From positions 150,699 through 214,698 of the forward strand of contig DATKZF010000003.1 in NCBI GenBank assembly GCA_035528115.1: a stretch of DNA of 64,000 nt, given 5' to 3'. The notes beneath the pieces were generated by a model. That model saw nothing but the letters and a program-made list of their open reading frames with translations, had not been told where the DNA came from and did not search any database. The position numbers and the translations under genes were made by a program. This stretch comes from Candidatus Bipolaricaulota bacterium. Lineage in GTDB: Bacteria; Patescibacteriota; Patescibacteriia; UBA11705; DATKZF01. This document shows positions 19,276 to 27,883 of the stretch, one piece after another (within the stretch, counting starts at the first letter, position 1; every line of letters starts with the position of its first letter).

Positions 19276-20622
19276 ATGACTCTAAGAACCAGGAGGATCA
19301 TCGCTTTTCTTTTCATCGCCGGATTTTTGGTTTTGGCGCCGATTTTGATTTTATACAGCGCCGGCTATCGCTATAATTTCAAAAACGGACAATTCAAAAA
19401 AACCGGAGCGGTCTTCATGGAAACGGAGCCCAAAGGCGCGCTCATTTTCATTGACGGACAAACCATGGATCAAAAAACTCCGGCTCATTTGACCAACATC
19501 TTTCCCAATTTCTACACCGTCAGATTGGAAAAAGAAGGCTATTTGCCTTGGGAAAAGAAAATTGAAATCAAACCGCAAGAAACAGTTTTTGCCAATAACG
19601 TGGTGCTATTTAAAAATCAACCGGCGAAAGAAATCGAGCAGGAAGATAAAATAATCGACATTTTAAAAACACCGAGCTGCGTTTTGCTTGAAGCGCTTTC
19701 CGCAACCGATGAAAAAATATTTTCATGTTTGAATGATAAGAGCGGTTTGATACAAAAGATTTATAAATTCGACGATGCCGACGTGGAAATTTCAGCGCAA
19801 AGTTCGGATAAAAATAAATTTTTGGCGGGGATCAAAAGCGGAGATTTTCAAATTCTATCCACGGATGGGGTTTACAAACAAACGCTGGCCGACTTGCCGA
19901 TTGACCTCGCCATTGTGAAATGGGACGAGACGAGCGATCATTTCATTTATGGCGGAGACAACTCCGAAATCTGGCAAATCAATCTCTTGGGTCTAGAACC
20001 CGTTTATACTTTGACCTACCGAGCCAAAGACAATGAAACGATCAATGACTTCGCCGTTTCGTCCGACCGGCTGTACCTCGTCGTTTCCGGTGAGGACGGA
20101 AATTTTTTGCGCCTGACCGACGTAAAAAATCCAAACGACGCCAAACAGTCCATTCAGCTTTTGTCGTCGAATTTCAAAATAGACTCGTTCATCGATCAAT
20201 ACATTGTTATAAAAGACAGCTTGAAATCAGACATTTACTTCATGGAAAACAATTTGGCAGCCACCAAACTGCATCTAAACGACATCGATCGATACGATTG
20301 GCTGGAAAAAGAAAAACTGATGGTGCTCTACAATGATTACGAAATCTATTTTTCCAATTTCAAAGAAACCACGCCGATCACCTATCTCGTCACGCGCTAC
20401 AGCACCCCCATAAAAAAAATCGTCTGGTTCAACGACAACTATTTATTGGTTCTTCATGACGGCCGGTTGAAAATAATTGAAATGGATAATCGAGACAAAA
20501 GAAACGTCTTTGAATTAAACAACGAAAACGATTTGAGAATCGACAACTTCGCGCTTGATCAAAATAAAGAAAAAATTAGTTTCATCTCCGGAGGAAAACT
20601 TTTCGAACAAATAATCCAATAA
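19276..20622 (+). CDS. PEGA domain membrane-anchored protein
   Basis: N-terminal TM, YSAGYR..KTG..ETEPKGA.IFIDG..TP..Y.V.LEKEGY..W.K (PEGA), beta-rich remainder. Confidence 0.85.
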   Translation: MTLRTRRIIAFLFIAGFLVLAPILILYSAGYRYNFKNGQFKKTGAVFMETEPKGALIFIDGQTMDQKTPAHLTNIFPNFYTVRLEKEGYLPWEKKIEIKPQETVFANNVVLFKNQPAKEIEQEDKIIDILKTPSCVLLEALSATDEKIFSCLNDKSGLIQKIYKFDDADVEISAQSSDKNKFLAGIKSGDFQILSTDGVYKQTLADLPIDLAIVKWDETSDHFIYGGDNSEIWQINLLGLEPVYTLTYRAKDNETINDFAVSSDRLYLVVSGEDGNFLRLTDVKNPNDAKQSIQLLSSNFKIDSFIDQYIVIKDSLKSDIYFMENNLAATKLHLNDIDRYDWLEKEKLMVLYNDYEIYFSNFKETTPITYLVTRYSTPIKKIVWFNDNYLLVLHDGRLKIIEMDNRDKRNVFELNNENDLRIDNFALDQNKEKISFISGGKLFEQIIQ

Positions 20623-20631
20623 CATTCAATA

Positions 20632-20662
20632 AAAAAATACCCGCCGAAGCGGGCATTTTTTT
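20632..20662. terminator. Bidirectional terminator
   Basis: aaaaaaatacccgc-cgaa-gcgggcatttttttg between convergent genes. Confidence 0.75.
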
Positions 20663-20669
20663 GTTTTGT

Positions 20670-21548
20670 TTATTCAACTTTCTTTGGAGAACCGGGGACA
20701 ACCGGCGCGACATTTCTGCCGGTCAATTGAAAATAAACGTATAAACTGAAAATGTAATAAAAAGTATTGATAAAGCTGTAAACGGCCAATGATGCGACCC
20801 AAACGACCAGCGCGCCCAAAAACGCGGCGATAATGACGCCGGACGAGCCCAAAGCAACGAACAGCAAATAACCGAAAGCTGAAAAAATAACGGCCAACAA
20901 GTAAGAGATGATGAAAATCCCGATGCCTACGGCGATCGCGAAACCTATGCGAATGAACGAAGTGAAGATAGAGATCTTTGCGTTATCTCGAAAAAGCCGC
21001 CAAGCCAAAAGAGCGGCTGTTTTTAAATTTTTGTCTTCCAAAACCAGATACGCGAAAAAATAATAAAAATAGTTGCCGAAAAAGACAAAGCCGACGATCA
21101 GCGCCAGAAACCACAAAGACAATAATGCCATAACCAAAAAACTTTCCAACCGGCTCAAAAAAATGGGCGCGATGGCAATCAGAAAGAGCAAACCTAAAAT
21201 CAGATCGGCCATCAAAATCTTTTTGAATTTTGTTTTGCCGAACGCCCAAAGTTGTTTGAAATTATTCTTGATGCCGAGCGATAAATTTTGAACGCCCTTG
21301 ATCAGCGCGGCCTGACAAACCACTCCGACCAAAAAAATCGCGATCAATACCGCAAAACCCAAGAATACGGAAATCAGATAGCCGGACTTGGTCATTTCCG
21401 CGAATTTTTCCGAAAAATCAAAATTAAAACCTTGATAATTTCCGCCTTCCACTCCGATCACCAAAAAAAGCCCGAAAAGCCAGAGCAATTTATTATGCCA
21501 CGCCGAATACCACGACTTTCTAGCCAACTCTTTGTAATTTAATTGCAT
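20670..21548 (-). CDS. Multi-pass membrane protein of unknown function
   Basis: About 6 hydrophobic helices, N-terminal W...W..K.LWLFG motif. Confidence 0.75.
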   Translation of the reverse strand: MQLNYKELARKSWYSAWHNKLLWLFGLFLVIGVEGGNYQGFNFDFSEKFAEMTKSGYLISVFLGFAVLIAIFLVGVVCQAALIKGVQNLSLGIKNNFKQLWAFGKTKFKKILMADLILGLLFLIAIAPIFLSRLESFLVMALLSLWFLALIVGFVFFGNYFYYFFAYLVLEDKNLKTAALLAWRLFRDNAKISIFTSFIRIGFAIAVGIGIFIISYLLAVIFSAFGYLLFVALGSSGVIIAAFLGALVVWVASLAVYSFINTFYYIFSLYVYFQLTGRNVAPVVPGSPKKVE

Positions 21549-21572
21549 ACCTCCTTGAATGATTAATAAACG

Positions 21573-22298
21573 TTATAAATTTATCTTTTTATTTTTGACC
21601 AAATTCGCGGCGTCCAAAAAGGAATCGAAGTTTTCGCCGCAGTCTCCCCACCAGCCGCGAAGAGTTTCATAATTCATTGTCCCCTGCTTGATGTAAAAAT
21701 TATTGACATCGGTAATTTCCATCTCGCCTCTGCCGGACGGTTCCAGCCTCTTGATAATATCCCAAACTTGATTGTCATACATGTAAAGTCCGACCACGGC
21801 GAAATTCGTTTTCGGTATTTCCGGCTTTTCAATGATCTCCGTTATTTTATCTCCTTCGACCGTGGCCACGCCGTAGGAGCGCGGATTTTCCACTTGTTTG
21901 ATGAATATTCGCGCGCCCCGCTCTTGACGGGAAAATTCGGTCACCGCGTTTTTCACGTTATCTTCCAAAATGTTATCGCCCAAAATTACGGCCACTTTGT
22001 CTTTATTCACAAACCGCTCGCACAAACCAAGCGCTTCGGCGATGCCGCCCGCTTTTTCCTGAACCGCGTAGCTGAATTGAGCGCCGAATTCGGAACCGTT
22101 GCCCAAAAGCTCCAAAAATTGGCCGGCATGCCCTTTGCCGGAAACAATCATGATGTCCGTGATATTGGCGTCTACCAAAGTCTGAATCGGATAATAAATC
22201 ATCGGCCGGTCATAGATCGGCAACAAATGCTTATTGGTCACTCTGGTGCAAGGATAAAGCCGAGATCCCGTCCCTCCGGCCAAAATTACTCCTTTCAT
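21573..22298 (-). CDS. rfbA: Glucose-1-phosphate thymidylyltransferase (short form)
   Basis: GVILAGGTGSRLYP, NKHLLPIYDRPM, LGDN, EKP, SGRGEMEITD. Confidence 0.9.
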   Translation of the reverse strand: MKGVILAGGTGSRLYPCTRVTNKHLLPIYDRPMIYYPIQTLVDANITDIMIVSGKGHAGQFLELLGNGSEFGAQFSYAVQEKAGGIAEALGLCERFVNKDKVAVILGDNILEDNVKNAVTEFSRQERGARIFIKQVENPRSYGVATVEGDKITEIIEKPEIPKTNFAVVGLYMYDNQVWDIIKRLEPSGRGEMEITDVNNFYIKQGTMNYETLRGWWGDCGENFDSFLDAANLVKNKKINL

Positions 22299-22321
22299 AC
22301 AATATGCCCCCTTTAATTATT

Positions 22322-23167
22322 TTAATAACCCAATATTTCCAGATAATCTTTCAGCGCTTCCTGCCAAGTCCTCAGCGCAGGCAATTTGGTATTAATCAGA
22401 GACGAATACGCCGGACGTTTAGCCGGTCTGGGAAATTTGTCCGAGCCGACCTGATTGATTTTTATTTTTTTATTCGCCAAACTGAATATTTCTTTGCCGA
22501 AGCCGTGCCAGGTGCAAGAGCCGCTGTTGGTCGCGTGATAAGTGCCGAACGCTGGTTTTTCTTCCAAAATGATTTTCACCCGCTCGGCCAAATCTTTGGA
22601 ATAAGTCGGATTGCTGAATTCCTCGTCCACCAAATCCAAGCTGTCTTTTTGATCTGCCAGATAAAGCATGACATCCACGAAGCTTTTTTTCGCGCCTTCC
22701 GATTTCGCTTGCTTGCCGAAAAGCCTGGAAGTTCTGATCAAATAATGTTTAAAATATTTTTTTCTAACTTGTTCTTCTCCCAAGAATTTTGACAAACCGT
22801 AAGCGCTGATCGGCTCAGGTCCGGCGTCTTCGCGATAACCTTTTTTATTTTCTCCGGAGAAAACATAGTCCGTGCTGAAATGAACCAAGGTGGCGCCGAC
22901 GCGTTTTGCGGCCGCGGCCAGATTGCCCGGTCCGGCCGCGTTGATCGCCTGAGCCAAACCAAAATTCGTTTCGCAATCATCAACCGCGTTATAGGCGGCG
23001 GAATTGATGATGACATCCGGATTGAGTTCGCTTATTTTTTCAATGACTTTAGCTCTGTCCGTAATATCCAATTCCTTTCTATCAAAAAGAATCGGGCTTT
23101 CTTTTTCAAAAACCTTGGCCAAATCCTGGCCGAGCATTCCGTTTGAGCCGATAATGAGAATTTTCAT
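22322..23167 (-). CDS. rfbD: dTDP-4-dehydrorhamnose reductase
   Basis: GSNGMLG, AAYNAVD, STDYVF, YGLSK, RPAKRPAYS. Confidence 0.95.
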   Translation of the reverse strand: MKILIIGSNGMLGQDLAKVFEKESPILFDRKELDITDRAKVIEKISELNPDVIINSAAYNAVDDCETNFGLAQAINAAGPGNLAAAAKRVGATLVHFSTDYVFSGENKKGYREDAGPEPISAYGLSKFLGEEQVRKKYFKHYLIRTSRLFGKQAKSEGAKKSFVDVMLYLADQKDSLDLVDEEFSNPTYSKDLAERVKIILEEKPAFGTYHATNSGSCTWHGFGKEIFSLANKKIKINQVGSDKFPRPAKRPAYSSLINTKLPALRTWQEALKDYLEILGY

Positions 23168-23277
23168 ATGATCGGGCGTTAAGGCTTACTTATAATTTAT
23201 GAAAATTCGGCATTTTTGTCAATCGTTACAAATAATTAAATCTGTTAGGACAAGCTTGGTTTTGGTTTAATGCTTTG

Positions 23278-23424
23278 GTTACAAATGTTACTAATTACAA
23301 GATTCCATTTAGCTTTTAGGTTATTTGTTACGAATTACAAGATTCTTAAACTTAAAGCTATAGATGATTGTAATTCGTAACATATATAAATCGGCCTATT
23401 GGGTGATTGTAATTTGTAACGATA
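23278..23424. repeat. Dispersed GTTACGAATTACAA-core element (inverted relative to 47393-47566)
   Basis: Reverse complement aligns co-linearly with 47389-47527, including linkers (taggccgat..atatatg; aaataacct.aaagctaaat.gaatc). Confidence 0.85.
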
Positions 23425-23497
23425 GTCCACCCCTTTAAAACAGAAAAGACAGCAGTTATGCACTGCTGCCAGAAGGGTGGGGCGGGTGGCGGAATAG

Positions 23498-23770
23498 CTA
23501 CCGGTGGGCGAGCTCGTCGAGCAGCTGCTCGACGCTCTTCTTTTCTCCGGTCGGCTTGGTCGGGGTCGGGGCCTCGGCGACCCGCTTCGGCGCGACGGGG
23601 CGCAGCCGATAGCAGATCTGCTCCGTGCCGTTGCCGGTCTCGCGCGTCTCACAGACGAGCCCGCCAACCGGCTGGGACGCCATGGCCGGGGCCGTGGCGA
23701 CGAGCGCGAACAGCGACGAGAACAGAACGAACAACGAAGCGACAAAGAACACTTTGCTCCAGGTCAACAT
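23498..23770 (-). CDS. Small secreted orphan protein (very GC-rich)
   Basis: SD AGGAG, signal peptide ending APAMA, two Cys (VC.T......QIC); TTGACT-17-TGcTATAAT about 150 nt upstream. Confidence 0.65.
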   Translation of the reverse strand: MLTWSKVFFVASLFVLFSSLFALVATAPAMASQPVGGLVCETRETGNGTEQICYRLRPVAPKRVAEAPTPTKPTGEKKSVEQLLDELAHR

Positions 23771-24001
23771 GGCAGTTCTCCTGCGCGCGACAATGTCGCG
23801 CTAAAGTGTCTTTTGGGAGGCACCACGCCTCTTTTAAACCCTCATTAAAGGCTTAAAACAGGCGTTGTGGACTTGATTGAAACGAACAGGCAGGATCATT
23901 CATTTCACTTTAACATTACATTATAGCATATATTTTACAAAAAGTCAATACTATACTAAAATATTTAGCTAATTTTAGCTAAATACTCAATTTTCCCAAT
24001 A

Positions 24002-24030
24002 AAAAAATCCCGATTTTACTCGGGATTTAT
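24002..24030 (-). terminator. Intrinsic terminator
   Basis: aaatcccga-tttt-actcgggattt with A-run. Confidence 0.6.
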
Positions 24031-24043
24031 TCTTGATTTAGCT

Positions 24044-25129
24044 TTATGCGGCCTTTCTAAATGACCTGGCAATCCTTTTCAGAGACTGACGATAATTCGT
24101 TTTTTCTTGGGGTTCATTCTCATCAAGCATGACCGACAGCTTGGCTTTTTCCAAAACTTCGGGAGAAACCGGATTGGTATCGCTCACCTCTTCTTCAAAT
24201 TCTCCATCCACTTTTTCACCGACGATTTCCAAAACTCTTTCCAGTTCAGCGCCTTGCAATGTCGAGGTCAAGGCACTAATGATTTTGCCGGCTTGGGTCT
24301 CCGTCAACCTATCAATATCTTCGTCTTTTAAAGCCGAAATATTTTCAATATTCAACGGCAAATCGGCCGTCAATTTTTCACGAGCGATTTCTCTCTGCCT
24401 TTTTTCATCTTCTTGATATTTAAGCATTTCCTCAAATGTTGCGATAGGCAATCTACCGGCTTCATGCTCTTTTTTGATACGCTCATCGATTTTTTCTTTA
24501 AAATCTTTAAGCAATTGAACGGCATTCACGCCGGATTCAATTTCCTGCAGAACCGCTTTCTCCGCTTCCATTTGCCGTGGGAGAGTTTCCTCAACCATGG
24601 TAGGCACCTCTTCTGCAATCTCGGTATTGGCTTTTTCCGAAATAGTGTCAGCGCTTTCCATAACTTCCATATCTTTAGCTTTTTTTTGAGATTCTATCTC
24701 TTTTAATATGCGCAGCTGCTCTTCACCCAGCTCTGCGGCAACACCTTCCACGATAGTATATAAGTCTCCTTCCGCTTGATTGTATATTTTTTCTATCTCA
24801 TCTTTGGCTTTTCTTTGCTCAACGGATTCCAATTCCCTTTTTTCTCGGGCTTCACTTTGCCTATCCAAATCCTTGAGCTCTCCCTCGGACATAGCTGCCA
24901 CATGCGCTTCTTTTGTTTCATCTTCCGGAAATGGAGTGGGTGTTTGTCTCTCCTCTTTATCTTCTTTAGGAGAAGCTATTTCTCCATAACCTACATTGGT
25001 TCCGTCCCCATCTTTAGATATGGACTTTGTTTCAGGTAAACCCTTTTCGTCCATTTCAACTCTTTTTGGTTTTTGGATCGCTTTGTCCTCTGCTCCTCCA
25101 AATACCATTGTTCTAAATTTTTCAAACAT
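24044..25129 (-). CDS. Acidic Glu/Lys-rich hypothetical protein
   Basis: 361-aa open frame, low-complexity helical composition, no recognised domain. Confidence 0.75.
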   Translation of the reverse strand: MFEKFRTMVFGGAEDKAIQKPKRVEMDEKGLPETKSISKDGDGTNVGYGEIASPKEDKEERQTPTPFPEDETKEAHVAAMSEGELKDLDRQSEAREKRELESVEQRKAKDEIEKIYNQAEGDLYTIVEGVAAELGEEQLRILKEIESQKKAKDMEVMESADTISEKANTEIAEEVPTMVEETLPRQMEAEKAVLQEIESGVNAVQLLKDFKEKIDERIKKEHEAGRLPIATFEEMLKYQEDEKRQREIAREKLTADLPLNIENISALKDEDIDRLTETQAGKIISALTSTLQGAELERVLEIVGEKVDGEFEEEVSDTNPVSPEVLEKAKLSVMLDENEPQEKTNYRQSLKRIARSFRKAA

Positions 25130-25185
25130 ATTTTCGCGTTATTTATAATAAATTAATTATAACACATATTCATAAAAAATCAATA

Positions 25186-25214
25186 TTGACAAAAGAACCA
25201 TAATTTCTTAAAGT
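25186..25214 (+). promoter_or_regulatory. Sigma70-like promoter for orphan 25246
   Basis: TTGACA-17-TAAAGT. Confidence 0.6.
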
Positions 25215-25245
25215 TAATCTCCATTGAGGAACCGGAGGTGCGCCG

Positions 25246-25728
25246 ATGAGCAACATTCGCTACATATTCGAAAAAGGCGAAGAAAGCTCAAGGCCCTCCA
25301 GTAGACCTTCGAGCTCGTCGCCTGAGGTCATTGACCCCAGATTCGCAAGAAAGACTCTTGAAGGAATGGTCATAAAGCGAATATCCTGGACAAAGCGGTC
25401 ATGGTTGCTCGGCGACGAAATATCGCGTCCGGATGACTGGACGCTGACAATTCTGTTCGAGCCGACCAAAAGAACTCTCTGGCGGAAGGCCGTGGAAATG
25501 ATCACGGCAATCCGGATCGGACGTATAATTTGGAAAGGCCTGACAGTCGAATTTCTGGGCCTCGTCAAGGGTGAGCACCACGTGTATTTCGACTGCGGAG
25601 AGCCACCAACCGGCCTGCCCGATGAACCCATCGGCGGCGATGGCAACGTACCCGTAAAACTCTACTTCGAAAATCCTAGCCTGTCGGATCCGGTCACGGT
25701 TACCCTGGGAGGACGAAAACAACCATGA
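25246..25728 (+). CDS. Orphan hypothetical protein
   Basis: SD GGAGGT, own promoter, downstream hairpin aagacagc..gctgtctt plus T-rich run. Confidence 0.65.
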   Translation: MSNIRYIFEKGEESSRPSSRPSSSSPEVIDPRFARKTLEGMVIKRISWTKRSWLLGDEISRPDDWTLTILFEPTKRTLWRKAVEMITAIRIGRIIWKGLTVEFLGLVKGEHHVYFDCGEPPTGLPDEPIGGDGNVPVKLYFENPSLSDPVTVTLGGRKQP

Positions 25729-25795
25729 CGACCCGCCTCGCGCGCATCTTTCAAAGACAGCAATCAACAACGCTGTCTTCTTTATTTTAAAAAAC

Positions 25796-25840
25796 TTTTC
25801 TAACTTAGAACTTCTCTAACTACTTTAACTATTCTAACTA
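25796..25840. repeat. Nonamer ctaacta-type tandem tract overlapping rfbB stop
   Basis: ttttctaacttagaacttctctaactactttaactattctaacta. Confidence 0.7.
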
Positions 25841-26853
25841 TTAACCCTCTTACCGTACCACTCTTTATAATAATCCTGATACTCCCCGCTTTTGACGCGG
25901 CTCCACCATTCTTTATTTTCCATGTACCAATCAATGGTCTCTCTCAAACCTTCTTCGAAATTATATTTGGGCCGCCAATTCAATTCGGCCATGATTTTGT
26001 ACGGCTTGATGGCGTAGCGCCGATCATGGCCGGGCCTGTCTTTTACGTATTCTATCATCTCCTCGCCGAAGCCCATATAGCTCAATATTTTTTTGGTTAA
26101 ATCAATGTTTGAAACTTCATTGTTCCCGCCCACGCAATATGTCTCCCCCATTCGGCCGTAATGCAAAACCGAGTCAATGGCCGCCGCGTGGTCTTTTACA
26201 TGCAGCCAGTCCCTGACGTTTTGCCCGTCGCCGTAAAGCGGAACTTTTTTTTCTTCAATCAAATTGGTGACAAAAAGCGGAATGACTTTTTCCGGAAACT
26301 GATAAGGTCCATAATTATTGGAACAGTTCGAAATTGTAATCGGCAATTTGTGCGTTTCATAATACGCTCTGACCAAATGATCTGAAGCCGCCTTTGATGA
26401 TGAATACGGACTGCTCGGATTATAAGGAGTGTCTTCGGAAAAAGCTGCTCTGCTTTCGAGCGGCAAGGAGCCGAAAACTTCATCGGTTGAGACGTGATGA
26501 AATCGCAGGTTGCCGTTGTTTTTGCACACTTCAAGCAAAGTGTACGTTCCCAAAACATTGGTGCGGACAAATTCTTCGGCTCCCAAAATGGATTTGTCCA
26601 CGTGAGATTCCGCGGCAAAGTGCACGACCGCGTCCACGTCTTTGACGCAAAGATCCAGCAATTCATAATTCAAAACATCGCCGCGCACGAATTTGTAATT
26701 GGGATTGTTCTCCACGGACTTCAAATTTTCCAAATTGCCGGCATAAGTCAGCTTGTCGTAATTGATAATTTCGTAATGCGGGTATTTGGACAGCATGTAC
26801 AAAATAAAATTCGAACCGATGAATCCCGCGCCTCCTGTGACAAGTAATTTCAT
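25834..26853 (-). CDS. rfbB: dTDP-glucose 4,6-dehydratase
   Basis: TGGAGFIGSN, DKLTYAG, FAAESHVD, STDEV, YSSSKA, CSNNYGP, DRPGHDRRY. Confidence 0.97.
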   Translation of the reverse strand: MKLLVTGGAGFIGSNFILYMLSKYPHYEIINYDKLTYAGNLENLKSVENNPNYKFVRGDVLNYELLDLCVKDVDAVVHFAAESHVDKSILGAEEFVRTNVLGTYTLLEVCKNNGNLRFHHVSTDEVFGSLPLESRAAFSEDTPYNPSSPYSSSKAASDHLVRAYYETHKLPITISNCSNNYGPYQFPEKVIPLFVTNLIEEKKVPLYGDGQNVRDWLHVKDHAAAIDSVLHYGRMGETYCVGGNNEVSNIDLTKKILSYMGFGEEMIEYVKDRPGHDRRYAIKPYKIMAELNWRPKYNFEEGLRETIDWYMENKEWWSRVKSGEYQDYYKEWYGKRVNS

Positions 26854-26995
26854 ATTGGGAAGCTTAATAGAAGCTATATTTAATCACTTGTCTTTTATCA
26901 TTTTTTTTAGACGTTGTAAATATTGATTAAATCCTAAAAAATGGCGTAAACAAAAAAAGCCCCTTGGTTTTGGGGCTGTTTAATCATTGTCATTT

Positions 26996-27427
26996 CTAAC
27001 TGACGCCGTTAATCGCGCCTTCGGTTTTTAAAACCGCCTTTATTTTATCCGCCGCGTCATCCATTTCTCCTTCGCCGTATTGTTTGCCCGGCCAGTGTTT
27101 CAAGCCGTCGTCTTCTTTTCTGGGCACCACATGAAAATGCAGATGATTGACCATCTGGCCGGCCACGGCTCCATTATTCACTTCAATATTGAATGCGGGA
27201 TAATCAAGCGCTTTCATGACGGCTTTGGCCACTATTTTGGAAGCGATGATCAAATGAGACAAATCCTCGTTGCCGGCGGATAAAATATCTTCCACGTGCT
27301 TTTTCGGCGCGATTAAAGCATGTCCCTGATTAACAGGATTGATGTCCAAAAACGCCACCGTAAAATTATCCTCGTAAATTTTTCTGCTCGGAATTTCATT
27401 ATTGATGATTTTGCAAAACACGCACAT
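26996..27427 (-). CDS. HIT family hydrolase
   Basis: CVFCKI, AFLDINP..GHAL, AGQMVNHLHFHVVPR. Confidence 0.95.
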   Translation of the reverse strand: MCVFCKIINNEIPSRKIYEDNFTVAFLDINPVNQGHALIAPKKHVEDILSAGNEDLSHLIIASKIVAKAVMKALDYPAFNIEVNNGAVAGQMVNHLHFHVVPRKEDDGLKHWPGKQYGEGEMDDAADKIKAVLKTEGAINGVS

Positions 27428-27455
27428 AAATTTAAATGTTAATTATCTCAATTTC

Positions 27456-27866
27456 TCATTTTTTAAACGTCCATTGCCTGTTGATGGAAAAATTCCACAT
27501 GATCACCAGGCCGGTGGCAAAGACCTTGGCCCAATTGTACCACAGCCCGGCGCCTTCGATCAAAACGAACATGACTCCCAAATTGATAAAAAGTCCGACC
27601 ATGCTGACCGAAAAATATTTAAAACACTGATTGATGAATTTGGCGCGGCAGCCGTTTTTGGAAAACGTCCAATACTTATTCAGCAAAAAATTGTGGGTCA
27701 TGGCCGCGAAAAAAGAAACGGTCGCGGCCAAATATACGGCCAAACCCAAAATTTCCACACCCAAATTTAAAATGCCAAAATCAATGGCCGTGCCGATAGA
27801 GCCGACCAGCGCGAATTTGGAAAACTGCCGCGCGGCCGGGTATTTTAAAAAAAAGGAATTCAGCAT
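27456..27866 (-). CDS. GtrA family flippase-like membrane protein
   Basis: KFALVG..GT.ID, NFLLNKYWTF, WNF..NRQWTF. Confidence 0.9.
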   Translation of the reverse strand: MLNSFFLKYPAARQFSKFALVGSIGTAIDFGILNLGVEILGLAVYLAATVSFFAAMTHNFLLNKYWTFSKNGCRAKFINQCFKYFSVSMVGLFINLGVMFVLIEGAGLWYNWAKVFATGLVIMWNFSINRQWTFKK

Positions 27867-27883
27867 AAATCAAACGGACAAAA

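Noticed and set aside
23335-23856. Alternative ORFs (136, 132 and 114 aa) over the GC-rich orphan
   Set aside because: High GC suppresses stop codons; only 23498..23770 has an SD and a signal peptide.
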